64,000 nt of DNA, from NCBI RefSeq assembly GCF_030684315.1, contig NC_081381.1:25671811-25735810 (forward strand). The letters run 5' to 3'. Below, in pieces: positions 37,291 to 49,896 of this stretch; position 1 is the first letter of the stretch, and each line of letters begins with the position of its first letter. The position numbers and the translations under genes are program-made. The DNA is from Stegostoma tigrinum. Its lineage: Eukaryota. The notes beneath the pieces are model-generated. The model made no database searches. It saw only the letters and a list, made by a program, of their open reading frames with translations, and had not been told where the DNA came from.

Positions 37291-39989
37291 GGTTGAGGCG
37301 TGCTGACATGTAGCAATTATTTGTATCTTTTGTCTCAGCTGTTCCAGGGTATAGTGCTGCTGCTGCAGCTGCTCCACCCCACTGCATGGCCGGAGGCTGT
37401 GCTGGGCTGCTTCCAAAGTTTATTTTTCTGCCCTCTTCCCTGAATTCTTCACTACGTATGGTGACATATCTCAAGCGAGGGCCATTGATTTCCCCACCAC
37501 CCCCATTTTTTGGCACTTCACCCAAATGATCATTCTTTAGATGTGAATCTTGACCATGAGTGATTTACTTTTGGTGTGACCTTGTATGATGTGTCCCATT
37601 ACATGGACACCGAATAATACATGGATGCCCCACACGTGCATACTTTGCAGCAGAACCTGAGACAAATCTCTTAGAAGGATATGCATTGATATCGCCCCAC
37701 GCAGACCCTTCACCTCGGCCAGCGAAGCATTTCTTTTAAAAGTCTCAGTGCTATATTTTTAAAAATATGGTAGCAAAATTGTACACGTCTATGTTCCGCA
37801 AACAGCAATATAATATAAGCTGTTTTTAATTATTTTGGTTGAAATGTGAATATTGGTCAGAACACTGAGACCATCCTGTTCTTCATTAACATGTTTTATT
37901 TTCAATTTATGTTGCTATTTCTGGGTAGGGCCAGAATTTATTGGTTTATCTCTGCAATCCTCTCCAACCCCACAATCCTCATATTATATTCTGCCCTGCT
38001 GGCATCCCCAATTTTAATTGTGCCTTAATTAGTAGTTTTGCCTGCGGCTTCCAAGTCCCTGAGTGCTCTCACTGCTTCGAGATATTCCTTGAATCCAAGC
38101 TTTTGGGATCTGCTTTGTGTTGCTTAATATCTAACTTTACTTCAGGCTCCAATGAGATGTTTTATTACTTTGTGATGTTCTATTACATTAAAAGTATTTT
38201 ATACATAAACATTGTGGTGATGGGCTGCTGCCTTCACCTGTTGCAGTGTTTCATTTAGTCGAGAGGCTTATAGGCTGTTTCCAAATTTCATGTCACTGTG
38301 AGATTGAAGTGACATAGGCCCAAATTGGATGCGGAAGATAGTTTTTCTTCCCTTCTATTAATCAATATTAATAGATCAGAACTATGCACAATATCATGTT
38401 ATTATCTAAGTAGATGTTATAGCCTGCACAGCATTCGGGGTGTGGTCTGACTGCAGCCTCTATAATTTGACCATTATGTTGAATGCGTCCTGTAGCTGAG
38501 CATCCTACAGGCTTTGATGATTTGTTTTGCTTAGGCTGATGTGTTCATAATCTTGGATCCTAAAGTTTTTTCTGACTTCATCCATGGCAGCGTTAATGTC
38601 TTTTGTGGAGTTGTTGCCTCTGATTTAAAGTTTCCTTGATCCCAGGCAGCTGAGAACACCTATGTGGACAAGTTTTTAATATTGTTCTCTTCCATTGCAA
38701 CCTCCTTCACTCCATGTGGTTAGAGCCGTTCTTCTGCTCACCCACTCCCACCTCAAAGACTCTTGACCTTGGCCTCGGCAAAAGGTAGCCCCTAACTCCA
38801 TCCATGGACTTTCTGATGGCACCCCCATTCTCCAGCCTAACCTCAACTAAAGTGTACACCCCATCAACCTGGCCTAGCTGCACCTTTTACTAAAGGTGGC
38901 CCTATGCCTTGGCTAAATCCAGGAACATTAGCTTTTGCTCCTCCATTCACATGTTGCTCCTGTCTTTGTTTTTGATGTGCCTGCCTCTGGTCAGCTCACA
39001 GCAGCAAGCATAAGAGAGAAGTGGCTTGTGAGTGGAGGTTTAACTTCTCAACAGTTCCTTCCCGTCTTTCTAAAAGGATGGCTTTTCTCTTGTTGCTGCT
39101 GTGAATGAATTTTTCTGGGTGATTTGGAGACTTTGAGGGGCAGGTTCATCTGCTGCCCTCATATAGTTTGATCTTTGCATCTCCGTGTGACTTGCCACTG
39201 AATGCAATTCGGTACAGAATGCTGATAGTTTTGTCAATAAGAGTAATCTAATCATATGATAAAATCTGTTTGAAATACTTAAGTTTTAAATACTTAAGTG
39301 AAATTTACTGTTTAAATTCTAAATTTCATTCAGACTTAAGCAGGATATGTATCTGTCCACTGGGAGTAACAGATTAGTTAATGAAGGAAATAAGCTTAGA
39401 TGTTTTTATTTTCCTGTACATGGACTTGAACTAACTCAGCACAACTTTCAGCTGGGAGTTGGGTTAGTGAAAGAGTTAGTAGAAAGATGGACTCCTTTGC
39501 TTTTTCTAACATTTTCAGCCTGTAGGAATTGATTCTTGCTCTACTTCAAGGGAAAAGCTAGCTGTTTGGTGAGTATCAGGTAAGTGGTTAAGGTTTCTTT
39601 CTATTCGCAGGGTTGAAAATAGTTCAGGAACGACTGGCAAAGAAAATAAGTTTAAAATAATTAAGTTAATTAATGTTGGCAATACAGATAATGTGCTATG
39701 GTTATGGCTTGTGGGAGCTCCTGTGAACTGATGTGATCCAGGGTAAACTCCTGTAATATATGATTGCAACTTGATGAGCTTCATCTGGAGCTGAGCTGCC
39801 GACACTGCTCCACACCAGGAAGGGGGATAGTTACCTGGATATTTTGTGTCAGGAATTGGCCACACTCCCTTAGGATAGGGTCTTTTGATTTGATCACTGG
39901 TGAGAACAGTGGAATCTAGCTGCTGTTCTGATCACACTGCAGGAGCTTAAGCCTTTGCAGTTCTCCAATAGGCTTGAAGTTCAGAAACT

Positions 39990-40520
39990 GTTTGGTCAAG
40001 AACAGGAATTGCAGGGTGGATGAGCTAGCCAGCATGGAACCATGTTACAGGCAGCCATTTGTATGGGGGGGGAGGCAAAGGGAATATAGTGGTGGTAATA
40101 GACAATATGATCAGTGGAATTGACTCTGTCTGGAAAGAACAACTGAGTTGCCTGTCCATTGCCAGGGTATGGGATGTTTGTTTAGGGCTGGAGAGGCACG
40201 TACAATGGAAGGGTAGGAGAGAAGGTGTTGTGGTTCATGTATGCAGTAATGCCTTTGGTAGGACAAGAAAACAGCTACTGCATCATCAGTACATTGAACC
40301 AGGCACCAAATTAGGAAGGAGAACTGGAAAGATAATCTCTGGATGTGTGGCTCAAAGCTACATTTAAAAGGCATTTGGATAGGTATATGAATAGGAAGGG
40401 TTTAGAGGGATACAAGCCAAATGCTGGCAAATGGAACCAGATTAATTTAGGATATCTGGTTGGCATGGAAAAGTTGGACCAAAGGGTTTGCTTCTGTGAT
40501 TTACATCTCTATGACAATGA
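39990..40520 (+). mobile_element. CR1 remnants: ORF1 SGNH-esterase-like segment followed by a CR1 3' end
   Basis: ORF 40059: IVVVIDNMISG...VVVHVCSNAFGR resembles the GDS/GxND motifs of CR1 ORF1 esterase. 40355-40515 matches the CR1 3' end. Confidence 0.6.
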
Positions 40521-41904
40521 ATGAACTTTGCCTGAACTCTATTTGCTCCATATTTCTTGATAGACTTTTTTTTGGTGATGACGGTCAGTCTTAGTGATGA
40601 ACACTTATAATGTCCTCCAGTAAATACAGCCTTTTGGAGAATTAAGGTTCAGTTTTCCATTTGAAGTGTATGGGAGGATACTTTCTGCTTATACTTCATA
40701 ACAGTCTAGCCTTAATTTTATGGCCCCTTGTTTTGGTCTCTCTCCCCCCAAGAGGAATTAGTTACTCCCTACTCATCCTATCAAATTCTGTCATTTAAAT
40801 CCCTTATCAGATTGTCATGTAATTTTTAAAACTTGAGAGAACAGGTGCCTAGTCTATAAAATCTATTCTCAAGGGAGTCCTCACCTAAGCACCGGTGTAA
40901 TTCCCGTGAATTTTCACCGCACCCACCTCAAGATTAAAACATCTTTCCTTAGGTGCTCGAGATTGAAAGCAGTACAGTGGCTGGGGTCTGACCAGAAATG
41001 AGTCTTAATGTCATGCTATTTGTGTTGTAGGCCCCTTGAGATAAAGGCAAGAGAGTTTCAATAGTACTTTTTGAGCTGGTGTACCTAAGCTCCAGCAGCC
41101 ATTGGGGAGGAGGTATGTGAGAGTTTTGGGTGAGAACAAGGTTGGATGTAGTTCTGAAGTTGATCTGAATGACTTTCCACTATGATCGTACGTGGACTGA
41201 GGTAGACATAACAAATATTTGGGCAAGGAATGAGAGGTCAATTAGTGTCTGTTGATTCCTGGGGAGCTAATGGAGTAAGTTGAGTAATGGTTTCCATTAA
41301 TACTTCTCCAGGGTGCAGTATGGCACTGTGGTTTTAGCTAGCTGCAAGATGCCTTATTTAAAGGCCCGCTACACAGTGCAAATCATCTTACGTTCACAAT
41401 TTTACTGATGTTCTCTCAACCTTTTGCTCAGTATTGTATAGATTCCAATGAATGTGTTGTTTTCTTCCTGAGGCATTGCTGTTTGGCTGAAATGTACTCA
41501 CCCAACAATAATTTGTATTTTTCTGGCACTTTTAACCTAAAATGTTCAGGCCCCCTTACAAGACCATAATCAGGAAATAAAAGTGACGTGTTTGGTGGTA
41601 GAGGTAGATTTTAAAGATTGTCTTAAAGCAGAACAGAGAGTGAAGATGTTTTCAGAGGGATTGCCAGAGTTTAAGGCCTAGGCAGCTGAAGGCCCTATTG
41701 ACGTAGGGAGTGGGCAAAAGGCGGAGTTGTGAGGGATTGCAGTCCAGGAGATGGTTACAGATAGTGGGACTGAAGCTCTGGAGGACTTTTAAAAGTGGGG
41801 ATGAATATTTTAAATTTTCAGGCTTTTGCTTCACTGGGCAAGGTGGTGGTATTTGAAACTTCCTACTGTGCGGCCCAAACTGCTACCATGTGTATGCACT
41901 ACAA

Positions 41905-43880
41905 CGAAAACAGAAATTGCTGGGAAAACTCAGTAGATTTGGCAGCGTTTGTGCAGAGTTAACGTTTTTGGGTCCAGTGACCTTTCTTCAGAACTGATTA
42001 TAGCTAGGAAAACGTTGCTCAAGATGTGTTGAATGCAAGGGGGAGGAGTAAATGATAGGTGGGTGTTGGACCCCAGAGAAAGAGAAGAATAGTTGGACAA
42101 AGGAATGCGTAAAAATCAGCCTGGGGGGACTCAACAACTGTTAATTAGAACCATTTGTAGCTGACATTGGGAATGGTTGTGGTAGCAGCCCATGTGATGA
42201 CAAGGCCTGGTATATGAGGAATTGTGGTAAGGACATAGGAGAAGGTGCTCAGGACCTAAAATTATTGAACTTGATACTGAGTCCTGAATACTGCAGGATC
42301 CCCAAGTGAAAAATGAGATGCTGTTCTTCCGGCTTGTGCTGAGCTTTGATGGAGCGCTGCAGTAAGCCGGAGACAGAAATTGCCAGGGAACGCAGTCATG
42401 TCTTGATGTGGCAGGCTACCAGAAGCCCAGGGTCATTTCTCTGTAGAGAGTGTAGGTGGTCTGCAAAGTGATTACCCAGTCTGTGTTTTGTCTCCTCAAT
42501 GTAGAGGAGACTGCATCGTGGGCAATGAACATCGTCGACTAGATTGAGTGAAGTGCAGGTAAATTGCTGCTTCATCTGGAGGATGTGTCTGGGACTTGCG
42601 ACAGGAGGGAGGAATTAAGTGGGCAGGTGTTGCACCTTCTGCAATTACATGGGAAGTGGCTGTGGACAGGTATTGGAAGTGTTGGAGCAATGGACCACAG
42701 TGTCCCAGCAGGATAAGTTCCTGCAGAATGCTGACGAGGGCAAGGAAGGGAATTTGTTCCTGGTGGTGGCATCTTGCTGTAGGTGGCAGAAATGGTGACG
42801 AATGATCCTTTGAATGTGGATGGCGGGAGGGGTGGTAAGTGAGGACCCGGGGATCCTATTGATGTTGTCGGAGAGAAGAGAGGGATGGGGGCCAAAGTAC
42901 AGGAGATGGGTCAGACCGGTTAAGGGTGCTATCAACCACAATGTTGGGAAAGAAGGTGGATATTTTGGAAGCTCCTTGTAGAAGTTGGCACCGTCAGAAC
43001 AGATGTGATGGAGATGTAGGAACTGGGAGAACGGAACAGAGTCTTTACAGGAAGCAGTTTGTGAGGATGTATAGTCAAGGTAACTTTGGGAGTCAGTGGG
43101 TTTGTTGTGGTTATTGGTAGCTAGCCTCTCCCCAGAAACAGAAATGGAGATGTGGAGGAAGGGAATGGAGAGTCAGAAATGGACCAGGTGGAAATTGGGA
43201 GCGAAACAGATACTTTTCTGATTTGGGATGAGAGGGAAGCAATGCTGATGATGTCATTGATGTAGTGGAGAAAGAGTTATAAGTGGGGACCGGAGTAAGA
43301 CTAGAATAAGGGATGCTCCACGTAACTCACAAACAGACTGGCGTAACTGGGGCCTATGTGGGTACCCATGGCCACCCGTCTGACCTGAAAAAAAATGAGA
43401 GGAATTAAAGAAGTTGTTCAAAGTGAGGACGAGCTTGGTCAGGTAGAGGAGGATGGGGCGGTTTAGGCCTTTTCTTGCGGGAAGAAGTGGAGAGCCCTGA
43501 GACCTGACGGGGGATAGATGTGTGAAGGAATTGCATGCCCATAGTAAAGAGGAAGTGGCTGGAGCCTGCAAACTGGAAATTCTGAAACTGATGGAAATCA
43601 TCAGAAGAATCATGGATGCAAGTGGGAAGTAACTGGACAAGGGGAGAAAGCATTGAGTTTAGGTAGGAAGAGATGAATCCTGCAGTGCAGAAGCAGGCAG
43701 AAACGATGGGTTTTCCCAAACAGGTTTGTGGATTTTGAGAAGGAAATAGAAGTGGGCGATGTGGGGTTGGAGGACTACCGCATGGTGGCAGTGGGATATC
43801 ACCAGATGATACGGGGCTATTGACATTGGACAATAGACTTGTGTTCCATCGTGGGGTTGCGGACCAGGAGGAGATGGGAG
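41905..43880 (-). mobile_element. Older Penelope-like element (family B), degraded RT + GIY-YIG
   Basis: Minus ORFs KPIVSAC...LFTMGMQFLHTSIP and FPCNCRRCNTCP; terminal hammerhead-like motif 41957-41995. Confidence 0.8.
41957..41995 (-). ncRNA. Hammerhead motif (family B), G12 mutated
   Basis: Reverse complement AGTT-CTGAAGA-AAGGTC-ACTG-GACCC-AAAAA-CG-TT-AACT. Confidence 0.55.
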
Positions 43881-43899
43881 GTATCCAAGACCTGCTGCT

Positions 43900-44900
43900 G
43901 AGCCTCTGCTACTGTTTCTGCCACCTCCAGTGGGAAGACACGCATTCCCCTTTCCTCCCATGTAGGTCTTCTGCATAGTCCGTTCCTCCTTCACTCCCAG
44001 CACCATCCTATACAATCCAAGAAGCTGTAGCACCTGCCTGTTTACTTCCTCCCTCATCACCATCCAAAGCTCAGGTACCTTCCAGATGAAACAGCAATTT
44101 ACCTTCATGTCACATGAAGGGTCTAGGCCCGAAACGTCCGCCTTCCTGCTCCTTTGATGCTGCTTGCCCTGCTGTGTTCATCCAGCTCTACACCTTGTTT
44201 ATCTCAGATTCTCCAGCATCTGCAGTTCCTATTATCTCTGTCACTCAGTCTAATCTACTGTGTTAGCTGCCCATAATGTGGTCTCCTGTACATGGGGTGG
44301 GGGGGACAAAACACAGACCAGTGACCACTTTGCAGAACACCTGTGTTCTGTCTGCAAAAATGACACTGAGCTTTGTGTTGCCTGCCACTTCAGCACACTA
44401 CCACGTTCCCTGGCCAACATCGCTGTTTTGAGCTTGCTGCAGTGCTCCAGTGAAGCTACATGCAAGCTAAAAGAACAGCGTCTCATTTTTCACTTGGGGA
44501 TCATGCAGTCTTCAGGACTCAATATCAGGTTCAATAATTTTAGGTCCTGAGCACTCTCTCCCATGTCCTCGGCCCAACCCCCCAGCCACACACTAGGCCT
44601 TGTCATCACATGGGTTGCTACCACAGCCGTCCCATTATCAGCTACAAATGATCCTAATCAACAGCTGGTGATTCCCCCAGGCTGATCTTTACACATTCGA
44701 GTGTCCAACTATTGCCCTATCTCTCTGAGCTCTCTCCATCTATTGTTTACTCTTCCTCGTCTGCCCCTCCCCCCCAATTCAGTAGAAAGGTCACGAGACC
44801 CAAAATGTTAACTCTGCTTACTCTCCACAGATGCTGCCGGACCTGCTAAGTTCTCCCAGCAACTTCTATTTTTTGTTTCCAATTTTCAGCATTCGCAGTC
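43900..44900 (+). mobile_element. Inverted partner copy of the family B PLE (GIY-YIG end + pLTR)
   Basis: ORF 44260: DHFAEHLCSV...VACHF...LKEQRLIFHLG...GLNIRFNNFRS; reverse complement of 41905-42650. Confidence 0.78.
44114..44238 (+). mobile_element. 125-bp family A mini-element nested in the family B PLE
   Basis: ATGAAGGGTCTAGGCCCGAAACGTC...TTCCTATTATCTC flanked by TGTCAC (44108-44113 / 44239-44244). Confidence 0.8.
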
Positions 44901-47900
44901 ATTTTTTTCCGCCTGCATGTGTCAGCTGAACTATTAGAGGACCTAAGTTAAACACTAGTTTAAGCATCAGCTACTCAGTTAATAGGTTCCTGCAATTGCC
45001 TTTGAGATCTTCTTTGGATATGACGTGGCAAGGTGCCCTGTCTGTTTAGTTGACACGCAAATTCTGGCTCCAGACAAACAAAAAGTCGCAACGCTTGCAA
45101 GAAGGTGTGAGGTTCTTGTTGCTTCTCCAGTTGTACTGAGAGCGAGGTGTGAAACTCACTGAGTCTGTTTAGTCTTTTTTTTCACTCCTAGATTGGAAGA
45201 TGTGCAATTAGCAACTCCCAAACCATACCCCTCAACCTCTAATAAGGATTTACTATTTCCTGAGCCAGCTACAAGCAGGAACACTTTAGTGCTGTCTGAA
45301 GTGCTGTGACAAATTCAGATTTGACTCCCAAATTTAACCTCCAGCACTATCTTTCTTAAAGCAGTGAGGCCTTCCTGGGTGGTCTTGGGACCCTTGTTTT
45401 ATACGGTTGTTATTCATGTGTGAAGCTGTGCAGTCTATTTGACCAGACGGGCATCGGACCTCCACACAACATCCTTTCACCTATATTTGTCAGGCAGGGT
45501 AGTCAGTGCGAGATGGAATCGGGCTGTTAATCTTTTCACCCTCATTTCTCTTCTCCTGCCATCACTCCATATCACACGGGCCTTAAAGCTGGTTGCAGTA
45601 ATCCTCCAATCTGTGGCCGAGATCAGCTAACCCAGAACACGTGAGAAAATTGAGACTGATGTTAATTTTGCCCTGTGTAACCCAGCTCTTTAAAACCTTA
45701 AATGATAGCATTTGTGGCTCAGTTGTTCACATTCTTGCCCCGTGTCAGATAGTTGTGCTTTTAAGTCCCCGTTCTAAAGGCTTGAGAAGAAAATCTAGCC
45801 TGATGCTGCAGTATCTGAGAGAGTGCTGCATCACCAGAAATCCTCCTCTTAAAGCTGCCTTTAAACTGAAGTTGTATCTGTCCTCTTGGTGAGATGGAGA
45901 AGACGCACTATTTGAAGATGAATGGGGGAGTTTTCTCTGGTGTCCTGGTTAATATCTACTCCCTGACCACCACCACTAGGACAGATATCCAGACATTATC
46001 ATGTTATTGCAGGCTTGTGGCATACAATTAGCTGCTGCATTTCCTGCAACACGACTGCTGATATTAGTGCCAGCTGTCCCTTGATTCTAGGATGTGTTGC
46101 TGCCACGGATCTTTGAGTGAGCAGTCCCAGTTTCCATCTGCAGGCTTTTTTTAATGTGTGAGCTAGGCTGATACATTGGGTGGTGGCTGGCATCTGGAGC
46201 ATAAGATGTACTACTTTTTTACCATAGTAAGTTGCTGAGGGACATAGTAGTTTATATGTAGCACTTGAGGGCTGGAGGAAGCCATTCAGCCCTTTGACCC
46301 TGCACAGCCATGCAGTAAGATCATGGTTGATCTGTTTATGGTCTCAACTACACTTTCCTGTCTGTCCCTAACCTTCTATCTAACTCAGCCTTTAATAACT
46401 TTAAGAACCAGCCGTCAGTGCCTTTTGGGGAAAGTTTCCATGGACTACCATCCCTTTGAAAGAGACAAAAAACTCTTATTCTTAAACACCTCAACCAGCC
46501 AGTGTTGACCAGCCTACTTTGAGTTTAGACTGAAAGCCTGGGAATAAATGCCTCCTGATGCATTATCCTCAGCAACGCCTCAATTGATCAAGAGTTCACT
46601 TGCTGATCAGTCAGCACGCATTTTCCCATGCAATATAAGTGTTGTTCCTGTGAAGTTTGTATTCTTGTGAGTCTGTCCTGATGAGCACAAGGCAAACATC
46701 TCAGCTTGTCCAAAGGGAAGACCATGATGTAGTGATAATGTCACATGATTAGGAATCCAGAATCCCAGGCTAATGCTCTGGGGACATTGGTTTAAATGCC
46801 GACTGTGGCAACTGGTCAAATTTAATTTCAGTGACCGCTAGTCTCAGTAATGGTGACTGTAAAACTGTCATTGATTGTTGCAGAAACCCAACTGACTCTC
46901 TGATGTTCTTTGGGACAGGAAGCCAACCGTCCTTACTTGGTCTGGCCTACATGTGATACCAGGCGCACAGCAATGAGAATCACTCTGAGGAATGGACAAT
47001 AGTCACTGCCTACATCTCATGAAACAATTTCAGTTTTTAGTGTTTCTTTTACCACAGTATTTTTATCCTGTGTCTCTTAGTTCTAGTTACCTTAACAAGA
47101 GGGTACATTCTCATTATCTTTACCCTGCCAAGTCCTCTCAGGATCTTGTATATTTCAACTAAATTACCTCTCATTCTTCTGAACTCCAATGAGTACAAGT
47201 CCAACCTACATTTTCTTCGTAAGATGCACTCTTCAACCCAGGAATGAGTCAACTGAACCTTGTTTAAACTACACAAAAACAAAGTTGCTGGAAAAGCTCA
47301 GCATGTTTAGATCCGTTGAGCTTTTCCAGCAACTTTGCTTTTGTTCCTGATTTACAGCATCCGCAGTTCTTTTGGTTTTCTTCTTTAAACTGCTTTGATG
47401 ATTCGGCAATTATCGGTATTTTTAATCAGGTTGTTCAGATGTATGATGACCCACCTCTGGAGCAGATGGGACTTGAATCCAGGATCCTGTCTCAAAGGTA
47501 GAGAAATATGATATTCTTGTGATTCTGCCCTGATGGCAGAAGAGCTGTTATTCTTTCATATAAGTAGACCAGACTTGTACACACTGCTCCAGATGTGGCC
47601 TCGCTGAGGCATTGTATTGCTGCAGTACAGCTTTCCCTATCCATCAGAAGTGAGACTCCTGACTGAGTGTTTGCTGACGCAAACTGGTTTGTTGTCTGTC
47701 AAGGTCTTGACCTTTTAAATTCTCAAAAAAGGACTGGATAAATGCTGGATGGTTTGGAAAAATAAATTACAGGGCTTTTGGGGGGAAAAAGTAGTAAAGT
47801 CAAATTATCTTAGTGGCTTTACCAAAGAACTGGTAAACCCATGATGGACCATCTAGCCTCCTTTGCAAAATCAGTGTATAATTCATCCTCCTTTCAAAGC

Positions 47901-48949
47901 CTTCCATGGCTCTTTCTATAATTGTCTGCCTCCTCAAACCTTCCACGATTTTTAATTGCTCCAATTTTAATTGCCTCACCATTGGTGGCCATATCTGGAG
48001 TTAGCTGTGACTAAACCCCTCTGCCTTTCCTCTAATCCAGGCTGTTCTAACGCTGAGGATTAATCACCTGTTCTAACATCCCCTGGTATGGTTTGGTGTC
48101 AAATTTTATTTGATAATGGTCCTATGAAATGCCTTGGGTGGGATGTTTTCCTATGAAGAAGTGCTATATAGTGAAAATTGTTGTTTCATGTGCCATGCTG
48201 TGCTTGTGAATTCTGTCGCTATCATTCTGCTGCATTTGTGCAAGAAATGTTTGCCACATTTTCATGACATTGACATAGGAAATGCTAATGACTCAAGTAG
48301 CCTGATCCCACATATGATCTACTTCTCACCTTTCCACAATTTGAGTGATGTGGCAAGTGTTTACAACATCTTTTTGTGAGCATTTTGTCAAGTTCCAAAT
48401 GTGGAGTTTTTAAATTACAAAATAGGCTCCATTCCTCTATGAAGACAATGCCTCATGATGTTGTGCATTATTTTCGGATATGGATTGGAGGGCAGTTCCC
48501 TTGTCTCTCCACACTTGGATTAGTATCTAGGTTGAGACCGTAATTCCATTATAACATTTTTATCTTTGCACAAGAAACTACAAATTGTAAAGTGACTGAA
48601 TTTCTGACTGAATATTATTTGCTATCCTCTGACTGCTAGCTATTCTGCTCTACAACTCATCTTTCTAACCTGGCAGAAGATAATTAGTACGGCAGACTAT
48701 TTTTTGTTTCAATGTACATTTGAAAGAGCCACAAGTTTTAAGTGCTTCTAAATTTTCTCGTCACCTGGAGATACCAGCACTGTTGCCAAATGCTGCCAAG
48801 CATGTTGTGGGGGCAGCCATTCATCCTGAGAGTCTGTACAGAGAATGGTGATTGGCTGTCCAATAACTGAAGGCACAGCCCTTACTTACCCCATACATGC
48901 ATCCCTCCCCCATACTCTCTGCTAGTGACTTCATTGGTTTTTATTCTGT

Positions 48950-49059
48950 ATAATAAAGTGTGAAGCTGGATGAACACAGCAGGCCAAGCAGCATCTCAGG
49001 AGCACAAAAGCTGACCTTTCGGGCCTAGACCCCCCAGCATCTGCAGTTCCCATTATCTC
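48950..49059. mobile_element. 110-bp family A mini-element: inverted arm plus short tail in opposite orientation
   Basis: TSD TGGTTTTT(A/G)TTCTGT (48935-48949 / 49060-49074). Confidence 0.8.
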
Positions 49060-49710
49060 TGGTTTTTGTTCTGTTATGTTTTTAATAATGACCCTCAACA
49101 GGAGAGACTGAAATGAACTCTGTACCCCATGGACAATGACCATGATCCAGAATCCATATTTAGTTCTCATTGACCCTACAAATGTATTTCCTTGGCCATT
49201 AAACTAGTTTGGGAGGTATTTTAAAAATGTTTTATAAATGCCAGTTGTTTTTGTCCTTGTTACTGACCACCTAATTTTCTCTTTTCTTCCTCGGTTTCAG
49301 CTTTCATCTTCTCTTTCTCCTCCTCTTGCTTTTTGCCTTTTTTCCATTTCATGTTTCTCTCTCCTGCCCTACACAATGTCCAGTGCTTATTCTCCTGTTT
49401 CTGTGGAAGATGGTTGGATGTCCCTTGCTCTTTGCCCTCCTCCTTTTTGGTTAGTTTGTTTTCTTGTGCTGGTTTGGAATGTTGACCGTTGGTCAAACCA
49501 GCCTTGATGATTGCCCTCCTATTGAGTTGCTAGTGTCTCTCTGTCAGTGATGTCTGTTTCTGACAACCATGTTACACACTATTCTAGCAGGTAAGCAAGC
49601 AAACTAAATGCAACAATCAAAACGCACTCTTGCTTTCTGTCTTATTTTTTACCAACAGGCTCAAAAGTATGTTGGCTTGCAGACAGACATTTCTAATTGG
49701 CCTGTTTGGG

Positions 49711-49896
49711 GATGTTATTACATATTTCTGGAGCAGTTGAGACTTGACCCCAGGCCTCCTGATTCAGACTTTGGTACATTATCACTGTGCCACAATAGCC
49801 CTGAGATGTTATTACATATGTCTAGAACAGGTGGGACATGAACCTGGGCCTCCTAGTCCAGGAGTAAGAACACCACCACTGCATGATAGGAGCCCT
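49711..49896 (-). repeat. Tandem pair of ~93-bp tRNA-like repeat units
   Basis: Two related units with minus-strand A-box/B-box-like motifs. Single copies near 47440-47500, 52520-52620, 57020-57110, 57335-57425 and 60685-60770. Confidence 0.55.

Noticed and set aside
49260-49496. K/E-rich minus-strand ORF as the missing CHD5 exon or a new gene
   Set aside because: Wrong strand for CHD5, no SESEGSDY-like motif, no ATG start. It is explained as the complement of a pyrimidine-rich tract.
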